Below are positions 37,689-45,831 of a stretch of 64,000 nt of DNA, piece by piece. The notes beneath the pieces were generated by a model. It saw only the letters and a program-made list of their open reading frames with translations, did not search any database and was not told the DNA's origin. The DNA is from Novosphingobium sp. (GTDB lineage Bacteria; Pseudomonadota; Alphaproteobacteria; Sphingomonadales; Sphingomonadaceae): NCBI RefSeq assembly GCF_041905565.1, contig NZ_JAYRKX010000014.1, positions 19,041-83,040 of the forward strand, in the 5' to 3' direction. The position numbers and the translations under genes are program-made. Position 1 is the stretch's first letter, and each line of letters starts with the position of its first letter.

Positions 37689-38093
37689 TCAATGCTTCTC
37701 GCGCAGCGCGGCCAGGATGTCAGCCGGCTGGCGGCCAACCAGGTCCTTGGCGCATTCGCGGATCACCGCTCGCTCGGTCATCTTGTGATAGTGCTTGCGC
37801 GCTTCGCCCAGGCTGCGCGGACTGGCGATCACCACCAGCTGTTCGATCTTGTGGCCCAGCACCTGCGCGTTCAGCCATTCGACCGCCGCGCCGACATGGG
37901 CATCCTCGGCCACCAGATGATCGGCATGGTTGCCGTGCGAGGAATGGTGGCTGACCCCGGAATGGTTCCGGCTGTCGAGCGTCGGTGCGGGCAGCGCGGC
38001 CAGTTCCGGCCCGGCTTCGTCCCCGGCATTGCGGTAAAGTTCGAACTTCTGGCCGTCGATCAGGGCAATCACGGCTCCGTGTGGCAACAGCAT
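37689..38093 (-). CDS. 'Host attachment protein' family protein (eRF1-like fold family, function unknown)
   Basis: 134 aa with a strong AGGAG RBS 6 nt upstream of the ATG at 38093. 'LVVIASPRSLGEARKHY...IRECAKDLVG' matches the family's conserved APPxxLGxLR...KDL pattern as I remember it. It is the real C-terminal part of the spurious 821-aa track ORF. Confidence 0.72.
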   Translation of the reverse strand: MLLPHGAVIALIDGQKFELYRNAGDEAGPELAALPAPTLDSRNHSGVSHHSSHGNHADHLVAEDAHVGAAVEWLNAQVLGHKIEQLVVIASPRSLGEARKHYHKMTERAVIRECAKDLVGRQPADILAALREKH

Positions 38094-38207
38094 CGTGCAC
38101 TCCTTTTCCCAATTGAGCGGAGTGAGCGCCCGGTTGCCGCGAAAATCCATGCGCTCGGTCAAATCGTGCGGCGGATTGCCCCCTTTTACCGACCGGACGC
38201 ATCGGGC

Positions 38208-40277
38208 ATGAGGCATGGTATGCGTCCCGACCGGCTCAACCCCCTGTTCGCCGCCGCCGACAGCCTGAAAGGCGTCGGCGCCGGGCTGGCGCGCCCGCTG
38301 GAAAAGCTGGGGCTGACCCGGATCAGGGACTTCGCCTATCACCTGCCCGACCGGTTCGTGCAGCGCCGCGCGGTGGAAAACCTGGACGAGGCGAGCGTGG
38401 GCGAAAACGTGGTCGTGGCGCTGACCCCGGTTGAGCATCGCGCCTCGTCCGGGCGCGGGCCGTTCCGGGTGGTGGCGACTGACAGCGCGGGCAATGTCTG
38501 CACGCTGACCTATTTCGGGCGCGCGTCCTACACCGCGAAGAAGCAGCTGCCGCTGGGCGAGCCGCGCTGGGTGGCCGGCCGGCTCGACCAGTATGGCCAG
38601 ATGCTCCAGATCGTGCACCCGGATCACGTGACTGACAGCAGCGGCGCGGCGCTGGGACAACTGGTTGAGCCAATCTATCCGCTGTCCGAAGGGCTGACCC
38701 AGGGCCGCATGGGCGCGCTGGTCCACCAGGCGCTGGAGCATGTCGAGCCTTTGCCCGAATGGATCGAGCCGGCCTTGCTGGACCGGATGCAGTGGCCCGC
38801 CTGGCGCGATGCGCTGCTGCTGGCGCACCAGGGCGAACACCCCGCCGCGCGCGACCGGCTGGCCTATGACGAGCTGCTCGCCAACAGCCTGGCCTTGCTG
38901 CTGGTCAAGCAGAGCAACCGCAGCCGGGTGGGTACGCCGCTGGTCGGCGATGGATCGCGCCGCGCGCGTCTGCAACTGCCGTTCCCGCTGACCGGCGCGC
39001 AGCGCCGCGCGATTGCCGAGATCGAGGGCGACCTGACGCAAAGCGCGCCGATGCTGCGGCTGCTGCAGGGCGATGTCGGATCCGGCAAGACGGTGGTGGC
39101 GCTGGAAGCGATGCTGATCGCGGTGGAAGCGGGCGCGCAGGCCGCGCTGCTCGCCCCGACCGAGATCCTCGCCCGGCAGCACTACGAAACGCTGAAGCGC
39201 ATGGCCGCCGGCACCGGGGTCGAAATCGCCCTGCTGACCGGCCGCGACAAGGGCCGCGCGCGCGAGGCTGTGCTGATGGGGCTGCTCGATGGCAGCATCG
39301 ACATGGTGATCGGCACCCACGCGATCTTTCAGGATACGGTGACTTACAAGCACCTGGCCTTGGTGGTGATCGACGAACAGCACCGCTTCGGAGTGGGTCA
39401 GCGCCTGCTGCTGACCCAGAAGGGCCGCCGCACGCCGCATTGCCTGGCGATGACCGCCACCCCGATCCCGCGTACGCTGACCTTGGCGCAGTATGGCGAA
39501 ATGGACGTCAGCAAGCTGGACGAGATGCCGCCGGGCCGCCAACCGATCGACACTCGCGTGGTCGCGGTGGAGCGGGTCGAGGATGTGATCGGCGCGATTG
39601 CCCGGCACATCGAAACCGGGCAGCAGGTCTATTGGGTCTGCCCGATGGTGCGCGAACAGGAATCCGCGGATCTGGCTGCGGCCGAAGCGCGCTTTGCCGA
39701 ACTGCGCGAACGCTTTGGTGACCGGGTGGTGCTGGTCCACGGGCAATTGCGGCCTGAGGTCAAGGACGCGGCGATGGAACGCTTTGCGCGCGGCGAGGCG
39801 GCGCTTCTGGTGGCGACCACGGTGATCGAAGTCGGCGTGGATGTGCCCAATGCCACCCTGATGGTGATCGAGCAGGCCGAACGCTTCGGCTTGGCGCAAT
39901 TGCACCAGCTGCGCGGCCGGGTGGGGCGGGGGGCGGCCAAGAGCACCTGCCTGCTGCTGCGCGGGGCCATGCTGTCGGAAACCGCGCGCGAGCGGCTGGC
40001 CCTGATGCGCGAAACGCAGGACGGCTTCCGCCTGGCCGAGGAGGACCTGCGCCTGCGCGGCGGGGGGGAACTGCTGGGCACGCGGCAATCGGGCGATACG
40101 CCGTTCCGCGTGGCGCAGCTGGACCAGCTCCAGCGCCTGTTGCCGGTCGCCCATGATGACGCGCGCCTGCTGGTGGAGCGCGACGGCGGGCTGACCGGCG
40201 AACGCGGCGAGGCCGCGCGGCTGCTGCTCTATCTGTTCGAACGCGACTGGGGCGTGCAGCTGCTGCGCGGCGGCTGA
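38208..40277 (+). CDS. recG: ATP-dependent DNA helicase RecG
   Basis: Start 'MRHGMRPDRLNPLFAAADSLKGVG' (ATG at 38208 or 38220). Wedge domain plus helicase motifs 'GDVGSGKT' and 'VIDEQHRFGV'. The track ORF is extended by about 178 codons. Confidence 0.93.
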   Translation: MRHGMRPDRLNPLFAAADSLKGVGAGLARPLEKLGLTRIRDFAYHLPDRFVQRRAVENLDEASVGENVVVALTPVEHRASSGRGPFRVVATDSAGNVCTLTYFGRASYTAKKQLPLGEPRWVAGRLDQYGQMLQIVHPDHVTDSSGAALGQLVEPIYPLSEGLTQGRMGALVHQALEHVEPLPEWIEPALLDRMQWPAWRDALLLAHQGEHPAARDRLAYDELLANSLALLLVKQSNRSRVGTPLVGDGSRRARLQLPFPLTGAQRRAIAEIEGDLTQSAPMLRLLQGDVGSGKTVVALEAMLIAVEAGAQAALLAPTEILARQHYETLKRMAAGTGVEIALLTGRDKGRAREAVLMGLLDGSIDMVIGTHAIFQDTVTYKHLALVVIDEQHRFGVGQRLLLTQKGRRTPHCLAMTATPIPRTLTLAQYGEMDVSKLDEMPPGRQPIDTRVVAVERVEDVIGAIARHIETGQQVYWVCPMVREQESADLAAAEARFAELRERFGDRVVLVHGQLRPEVKDAAMERFARGEAALLVATTVIEVGVDVPNATLMVIEQAERFGLAQLHQLRGRVGRGAAKSTCLLLRGAMLSETARERLALMRETQDGFRLAEEDLRLRGGGELLGTRQSGDTPFRVAQLDQLQRLLPVAHDDARLLVERDGGLTGERGEAARLLLYLFERDWGVQLLRGG

Positions 40278-40281
40278 ACGC

Positions 40282-40896
40282 TCAGGCTGGCGCGTCCTTC
40301 CAGGCGTAGAGCAGCCGCCCCGGACCCAGCCTGGTCAGCAATGGCAGCAGATCGGCCTGCGATACGGCAAAGCAACCCTGGCTGCGTCCGATCCGGCCCT
40401 GCGCCTGCGCCATGGCGGGCGAGACATAGTCCGCCGCGTGGATCACGATGTTGCGGGCCAGCGCGGCGTTGTTTTCCGCATCCAGCCCGATCAGCCGGCG
40501 CGAGCGGCCGTGCTTGCCGATATAGGCGTCGCTGGTCAGGTAGGCCCCCCGGCTCGACGCTTCGCTGCCGTGGCGGTTGGAAAACCGCTCGGGCCAGCCG
40601 ACATTGGCCGGGTCCGAGCCGCGACCGTGCGAGACCAGCATGGTGTCGATCACCCGCCCGCCGGCCACATCGACCAGTTGCATGCGGGGCAGGCGGGAAT
40701 GGGCGGCAAAGTTAACGATGCCGATCACGTCTCGGTTGGCGATGCGGGCGGCGTGATGGTCAAGCGCAGCCAGGGCCTGCGGCAGCAGGGCCGGAGCCTC
40801 GCCGCAGTTCGGCGCCGCGAAAACGCGCGGTGCGGCGACGAGGCCGGCAGTGCTTGCAACCATCGCGCCGAGCATCTGGCGCCGGTTGATTGTCAT
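40282..40896 (-). CDS. L,D-transpeptidase catalytic-domain family protein (YkuD_2-like) with Tat signal
   Basis: 204 aa. 'MTINRRQMLGAMVASTAGLVAAP' Tat leader. 'IVIHAADYV' and 'GRSQGCFAV' resemble the His/Cys catalytic motif of L,D-transpeptidase-like proteins. Confidence 0.72.
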   Translation of the reverse strand: MTINRRQMLGAMVASTAGLVAAPRVFAAPNCGEAPALLPQALAALDHHAARIANRDVIGIVNFAAHSRLPRMQLVDVAGGRVIDTMLVSHGRGSDPANVGWPERFSNRHGSEASSRGAYLTSDAYIGKHGRSRRLIGLDAENNAALARNIVIHAADYVSPAMAQAQGRIGRSQGCFAVSQADLLPLLTRLGPGRLLYAWKDAPA

Positions 40897-40975
40897 AAAG
40901 GGGCAAATCCCGAAGTTCTTTGCTGGTGATTTGGGAAAGCGGTGGCAGATTACAACGGATCAACGGGAGGATCGG

Positions 40976-42109
40976 ATGAAACGTGGCCTGCTTGCGCTGA
41001 GTGTCTGGCTGCTGGCCAGTGCGCAGGTGCCGCCGCCTGCGCCGGCGTGGAACGCTGCGGCGCTGGCGCGATTGCGGCACTGGGTGGATGCAGCCCCCGA
41101 GGACGCCTTGCCGCGCCCGGATACCGCTGCGCTCGACTGGGCGGCGGCCAGCGGCAATGCCGCCGCGATCGACCAGGCCGCCGATACGCTGGCCTTGCGG
41201 CTGGCGCGGATGCACCTGCTCGGCACCGGGGCGCGGACCGGGTGGAAGATCGTGGATAGCGATACGGCGATCGATCTGCCCGCCGTGCTGCGTCAGGCAC
41301 TGGCCGCCGGCACGCTCGAACCGTTCCTGGCGGGACTGCGCCCGCAGCACCCCGATTACACCGCGCTGCGCGCCGCCTATGCGGTAGAGCGCGATCCGGC
41401 GCGGCGGGCGGATCTGGCCCGCAACATGGAACGCTGGCGCTGGATGCCGCACCGGCTGGCGGACGACTATGTGCTGGTCAACGCCGCCAGCTTCGAAGCG
41501 CGGCTGTGGCGCGGCGGGCGGCAGGCCGGGGTCTGGCCGGTGATCGTCGGCAAGACCCGCACACCCACGCCGGTGTTTGCGGCCACCATTACCGGCGTCA
41601 CGCTCAACCCGTGGTGGGATGTGCCGGGCAGTATCGTGCGCGAAAGCGTTGGCGCGCTGATGCGGCGCAGCCCCGCCACGGCGCGGGCGCGCGGCTATGT
41701 GTGGAGCGGGGGGCGGATCCGCCAGCGCCCCGGGCCGGGCAATTCACTGGGGCAGATGAAGCTGGTGATGCCGAATCCTTACGGCGTTTACCTGCACGAC
41801 ACGCCAAACCGCGACCTGTTCGGCCGCGAGGTGCGCGCGTTCAGCCACGGCTGTGTGCGGGTGGGCGACGCGCTAGGGCTGGCCGCGGCGGTGCTGGACG
41901 GGGTGCGGACCCGGGCACAGATCGACGCGCTGGTGGCGGCGGGCGACACGGTCAGCATCGATGCGGCGCGGTCGATGCCGGTCTACATCACCTATTTCAC
42001 CGCCGGGCTGCGCGGCGATGGCAGCTTCGCGCATTTCCCGGACATCTATCGCCGCGACGCCAAGGTTCTGGCCCTCGCCCCTGGTGGGGGCGAGGCCTGC
42101 GCCATCTGA
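40976..42109 (+). CDS. L,D-transpeptidase family protein (YcbB-like)
   Basis: ATG at 40976 preceded by GGGAGG, followed by a signal peptide. C-terminal YkuD motif 'VYLHDTPNRDLFGREVRAFSHGCVRV' with catalytic HGC. Confidence 0.82.
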   Translation: MKRGLLALSVWLLASAQVPPPAPAWNAAALARLRHWVDAAPEDALPRPDTAALDWAAASGNAAAIDQAADTLALRLARMHLLGTGARTGWKIVDSDTAIDLPAVLRQALAAGTLEPFLAGLRPQHPDYTALRAAYAVERDPARRADLARNMERWRWMPHRLADDYVLVNAASFEARLWRGGRQAGVWPVIVGKTRTPTPVFAATITGVTLNPWWDVPGSIVRESVGALMRRSPATARARGYVWSGGRIRQRPGPGNSLGQMKLVMPNPYGVYLHDTPNRDLFGREVRAFSHGCVRVGDALGLAAAVLDGVRTRAQIDALVAAGDTVSIDAARSMPVYITYFTAGLRGDGSFAHFPDIYRRDAKVLALAPGGGEACAI

Positions 42110-42133
42110 CAATGCTGCGTGAAAAGAGTGAAT

Positions 42134-42210
42134 TGGTCGGGGAAAGAGGATTCGAACCTCCGGCCCCTGCCTCCCGAAGACAGTGCTCTACCAGGCTGAG
42201 CTATTCCCCG
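42134..42210 (-). tRNA. tRNA-Pro (anticodon CGG)
   Basis: The reverse complement reads CGGGGAATAGCTCAGCCTGGTAGAGC...CTGTCTTCGGGAGGCAG...GGTTCGAATCC...TTCCCCGACCA. Confidence 0.93.
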
Positions 42211-42251
42211 ACCGATCCAGAACCCCCGAAAGGGCTCAAGGCAGGAGCGCG

Positions 42252-42280
42252 CCTATAGAGAGCGATTCCCGGGGTGGCAA
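42252..42280 (-). promoter_or_regulatory. Putative sigma70-type promoter of tRNA-Pro(CGG)
   Basis: Minus strand reads TTGCCA (42280..42275), 17 nt, TATAGG (42257..42252), then GCGCGC. It lies 41 nt upstream of the tRNA 5' end. Confidence 0.5.
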
Positions 42281-42309
42281 GCGGGCAATCGCATGTTTAT
42301 CGTTTGAAC

Positions 42310-43269
42310 ATGCCTATCCCCGCGAATCCGAACCCTTCCGCCGCCGATCACTGGGAATGGCAGTACCTTCACCTGATGCGCCGCATCTGGGAGCAGGGGG
42401 ACGAACGGATCGACCGCACCGGGATCGGCACGCGCTCGGTGTTCGGGACCGAGCTGCGGTTTGACCTGTCGGGCGGGGCGATGCCGCTGCTGTCGACCAA
42501 ACGGGTCTACTGGAAGACCGCGAGCCGCGAATTCCTGTGGTTCCTGACCGGCGATACCAACATCCGCGAGCTGTGCCGCCAGGGCGTGGAAATCTGGACC
42601 GACTGGCCGCTCGACCGGTATCGCCGCGAAACCGGCGACCAGATCGAACGGGCGGACTTCTCGAAGCGAATCGCCGAGGATGCCGAATTTGCCGCGCGCT
42701 GGGGCGATCTGGGCCCGGTCTATGGCAAGCAATGGGTCAACTGGCCGGTGTTCGAACCGGCGGGCGAAGGACTGTTCCGCCAGCGCGCGCAGGGCATCAA
42801 CCAGGTCGCCGAGGTGGTGAAGTCGCTGCGCGAAAACCCCGGCAGTCGCCGCCACATCGTCGAAGGGTGGAACGTGGCCGAGCTTGACCGCATGGCCCTG
42901 CCGCCCTGCCACAAGAGCTATCAGTTTCACGTCAGCGCCGGAAACCGCCTGTCCTGCGTGCTTTACCAGCGCAGCTGCGACGTGGCGCTGGGGCTGCCGT
43001 TCAACCTGTGGGGCGCGGCGCTGTTCACGCGGATGCTGGCACAGCAGTGCGACATGGAACCGGGCGAACTGGTGTGGATGGGGGGCGATACGCACCTTTA
43101 CCTCAACCATGCTGACCTGGTCGAAGCCCAGCTGGCGCGGGTGCCCAAGGGCAGCGCAACAATGCGGATTATGCGGCGGCCCGAATCGATCTTTGATTAC
43201 CGGATCGAGGACTTCGAAGTGCCGGACTATGCGCCGCAGGGACATCTTGCGGCGCCGGTCGCGGTTTAG
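42310..43269 (+). CDS. thyA: Thymidylate synthase (ThyA, long form)
   Basis: 319 aa from 'MPIPANPN'. 'DRTGIGTRSVFG', the catalytic 'ALPPCH', and 'SCDVALGLPFN'. Confidence 0.92.
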   Translation: MPIPANPNPSAADHWEWQYLHLMRRIWEQGDERIDRTGIGTRSVFGTELRFDLSGGAMPLLSTKRVYWKTASREFLWFLTGDTNIRELCRQGVEIWTDWPLDRYRRETGDQIERADFSKRIAEDAEFAARWGDLGPVYGKQWVNWPVFEPAGEGLFRQRAQGINQVAEVVKSLRENPGSRRHIVEGWNVAELDRMALPPCHKSYQFHVSAGNRLSCVLYQRSCDVALGLPFNLWGAALFTRMLAQQCDMEPGELVWMGGDTHLYLNHADLVEAQLARVPKGSATMRIMRRPESIFDYRIEDFEVPDYAPQGHLAAPVAV

Positions 43270-43298
43270 TTGACGATGTAACCAGTTTGAAATAATAT
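43270..43298 (+). promoter_or_regulatory. Putative strong sigma70 promoter of the bkd operon
   Basis: TTGACG (43270..43275), 17 nt, TAATAT (43293..43298), in an unusually AT-rich spacer about 65 nt upstream of the E1-alpha ATG. Confidence 0.45.
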
Positions 43299-43362
43299 GT
43301 CGCTCGACTAAAATTTGCTTCCACGGACGCATGGGGCGTCCGGCAAGCGGGAGAGCGCGATC

Positions 43363-44664
43363 ATGGGCCAGGGGCCTGATGCTGGCGGCGATCGGCGCGG
43401 CAATCTGCCGCCGCTGTCGCTGCATGTTCCCGAACCGCCGTTCCGGCCGGGCGATCCGGTGGACTATTCGTTCCTCGACATTCCGCCCGCCGGCGCTGCG
43501 CCGCGCCCGGACGAGAGCTGCGATCCGCATGAGACCGCGCCGCTGTGCACCGGCATGATCCGTGTGCTGGATGAAGATTACCGCGCGGTCGGGCCGTGGG
43601 ATCCGCGGCTCGATCCCGAAACGCTGCGGCGAATGCTGCGCGTCATGGCGCTGACCCGCGCGTTCGACGACCGGATGTATCGCGGCCAGCGCCAGGGCAA
43701 GACCAGCTTCTACATGAAGTGCACCGGCGAGGAGGCCACCAGCGTCGCGTCCGCCTTTGCACTCGATAACGATGACATGGTGTTTCCCAGCTATCGCCAG
43801 CAGGGCATCCTGATCGCGCGCGGCTATCCGATCCAGGAAATGATCAACCAGATCTATTCCAACCGGGCGGACAAGCTGAAGGGCCGCCAGTTGCCGATCA
43901 TGTATTCCAGCCGCGAACACAACTTCTTCACGATCAGTGGCAACCTGGCGACGCAGTATCCGCAGGCGGTTGGCTGGGCCATGGCCAGCGCGATTCGCGG
44001 CGATACCCGCATCGCCAGCGCCTGGATCGGCGAGGGTTCCAGCGCGGAGGGCGATGCCCACGCCGCCTTCACCTTTGCAACGGTGTTCAATGCGCCGGTG
44101 GTGCTCAACATCGTCAACAACCAGTGGGCGATTTCCAGCTTTTCGGGCTTCGCCGGGGCCGAGCGGGCAACCTTCGCCAGCCGCGCCACGGGCTATGGCA
44201 TCGCCGGGCTGCGGGTCGACGGCAACGATGCGCTGGCGGTCTATGCCGCCGCGCGCTGGGCCGCCAACCGCGCCCGGGCGAACAAGGGCCCGACCCTGAT
44301 CGAACACTTCACCTACCGCGCCGAAGGGCATTCGACCTCGGACGATCCCAGCCAGTACCGCAGCGCGCAGGAGCGCGAGGAATGGCCGCTGGGCGATCCG
44401 ATCATGCGGCTGAAGCGCCACCTGGTCGCCATGGGTGAATGGTCGGTCGAAGCGCACCGGGCGATGGACGCGGAGCTGGTCGAACAGGTCAAGGCGGCGA
44501 CCAAGGAAGCCGAAAAGAACGGCGTGCTGGGCCACGGGCTGCACCACCCGTTCCACACGATGTTCGAGGACGTGTTCGAGGAGCTGCCCTGGAACCTGCG
44601 CGAGCAGGCCGACCAGGCGATGCGCGAACGCCGGATCAAGTGGCCGGACTGGAAGGAAGCATGA
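43363..44664 (+). CDS. bkdA1: Branched-chain 2-oxoacid dehydrogenase E1 alpha subunit
   Basis: ATG at 43363 preceded by GGGAGAG. TPP-binding 'IGEGSSAEGDAHAAFTFA...NNQWAIS'. It sits in the E1alpha-E1beta-E2 order. Confidence 0.9.
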   Translation: MGQGPDAGGDRRGNLPPLSLHVPEPPFRPGDPVDYSFLDIPPAGAAPRPDESCDPHETAPLCTGMIRVLDEDYRAVGPWDPRLDPETLRRMLRVMALTRAFDDRMYRGQRQGKTSFYMKCTGEEATSVASAFALDNDDMVFPSYRQQGILIARGYPIQEMINQIYSNRADKLKGRQLPIMYSSREHNFFTISGNLATQYPQAVGWAMASAIRGDTRIASAWIGEGSSAEGDAHAAFTFATVFNAPVVLNIVNNQWAISSFSGFAGAERATFASRATGYGIAGLRVDGNDALAVYAAARWAANRARANKGPTLIEHFTYRAEGHSTSDDPSQYRSAQEREEWPLGDPIMRLKRHLVAMGEWSVEAHRAMDAELVEQVKAATKEAEKNGVLGHGLHHPFHTMFEDVFEELPWNLREQADQAMRERRIKWPDWKEA

Positions 44665-45722
44665 GCGAGCAGCTGGAAGAAGGCCCGGTGACCCTGGCCG
44701 AAGCGCCCGTCCGCCGCCTCAACATGATCGAGGCGATCAACGAAGCGCTCGACATCATGATGGAGCGCGACGACACCGTGGTCGCGTTTGGCGAGGACGT
44801 CGGCTATTTCGGCGGAGTGTTCCGCGCCACGGCGGGCCTGCAGAAGAAATACGGCAAGGCGCGCGTGTTCGACACGCCGATCAACGAATGCGCGATCATC
44901 GGCGCGGCGGTGGGCATGGCCGCCTATGGCCTGCGCCCGGTGCCGGAAATCCAGTTCGCCGACTATATCTATCCGGGCTACGACCAGCTCGTCTCGGAAG
45001 CGGCGCGGCTGCGCTATCGTTCGGCCGGGGAATTCACCGCGCCGATCACCGTGCGCTCGCCGTTCGGCGGCGGGATCTTCGGCGGGCAGACCCACAGCCA
45101 GAGCCCGGAAGCGCTGTTCACTCACGTTGCCGGGCTGAAAGTGGTGATCCCCAGCACGCCGCATGACGCCAAGGGGCTGTTGATCGCCGCGATCGAGGAC
45201 AACGATCCGGTGATCTTCTTCGAACCCAAGCGGATCTACAACGGCCCGTTCGGCGGCTATTATGACAAGCCGGTCGAACCCTGGGCCAGGCATCCGGCCT
45301 CGGAAGTGCCCGAGGGCTATTACTCGATTCCCTTGGGCAAGGCGAAAGTGGTGCGCGAGGGCGAGGCGCTGACCGTGCTGGCCTATGGCACGATGATTCA
45401 CGTCGCCAGCGCCGTTTGCGCCGAAAAGGGCGTGGACGCCGAAATCATCGACCTGCGCACGCTGGTCCCGCTGGATATCGAGACTGTGCAGAGGTCGGTG
45501 GAAAAGACCGGCAAATGCCTGATCGTCCACGAAGCGACCCGCACCGGTGGCTACGGCGCGGAGCTGAGCGCGCTGGTGCAGGAACACTGCTTCTATCACC
45601 TCGAACGGCCGATCGAACGCGTCACCGGGTTCGACACGCCCTATCCCCATAGCCTCGAATGGGCCTATTTCCCCGGCCCGGTCCGCATTGGCGAGGCGAT
45701 CGACCGCTTGCTGAAAGACTAG
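44661..45722 (+). CDS. bkdA2: Branched-chain 2-oxoacid dehydrogenase E1 beta subunit
   Basis: The ATG overlaps the E1-alpha stop (ATGA). 353 aa. 'VFGEDVGYFGGVFRAT', 'DTPINECAIIGAAVGMA'. Confidence 0.92.
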   Translation: MSEQLEEGPVTLAEAPVRRLNMIEAINEALDIMMERDDTVVAFGEDVGYFGGVFRATAGLQKKYGKARVFDTPINECAIIGAAVGMAAYGLRPVPEIQFADYIYPGYDQLVSEAARLRYRSAGEFTAPITVRSPFGGGIFGGQTHSQSPEALFTHVAGLKVVIPSTPHDAKGLLIAAIEDNDPVIFFEPKRIYNGPFGGYYDKPVEPWARHPASEVPEGYYSIPLGKAKVVREGEALTVLAYGTMIHVASAVCAEKGVDAEIIDLRTLVPLDIETVQRSVEKTGKCLIVHEATRTGGYGAELSALVQEHCFYHLERPIERVTGFDTPYPHSLEWAYFPGPVRIGEAIDRLLKD

Positions 45723-45733
45723 GAAATGACCTC

Positions 45734-45813
45734 GTCATTGCGAGCGTAGCGAAGCAATCCAGGGGCGCGTTACGCCGTCCTGGATTGCTTCGTCGCTACG
45801 CTCCTCGCAATGA
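45734..45813. repeat. 80-bp imperfect palindromic intergenic element ('CATTGCGAG...GCAATCC' type)
   Basis: Left arm GTCATTGCGAGCGTAGCGAAGCAATCCAGG; right arm CCTGGATTGCTTCGTCGCTACGCTCCTCGCAATGAC. It lies between the E1-beta stop and the E2 RBS. If translated it gives the 'VIASVAKQSRG...LLRRYAPRND' pseudo-peptide seen in track ORF 45659..45955. Confidence 0.7.
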
Positions 45814-45831
45814 CGAACATGAGGAAACGAC

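Noticed and set aside
38094-40154. Upstream ~687 codons of the 821-aa minus-strand ORF (37689..40154)
   Set aside because: This part is antisense to recG. Only the last 134 codons, which start at an ATG with an AGGAG RBS, form a plausible gene (host-attachment family).
42253-44556. 767-aa ORF antisense to thyA and bkdA1
   Set aside because: It spans two real genes and their promoter region on the other strand, which is not plausible for a real gene. Its composition is that of a shadow ORF.
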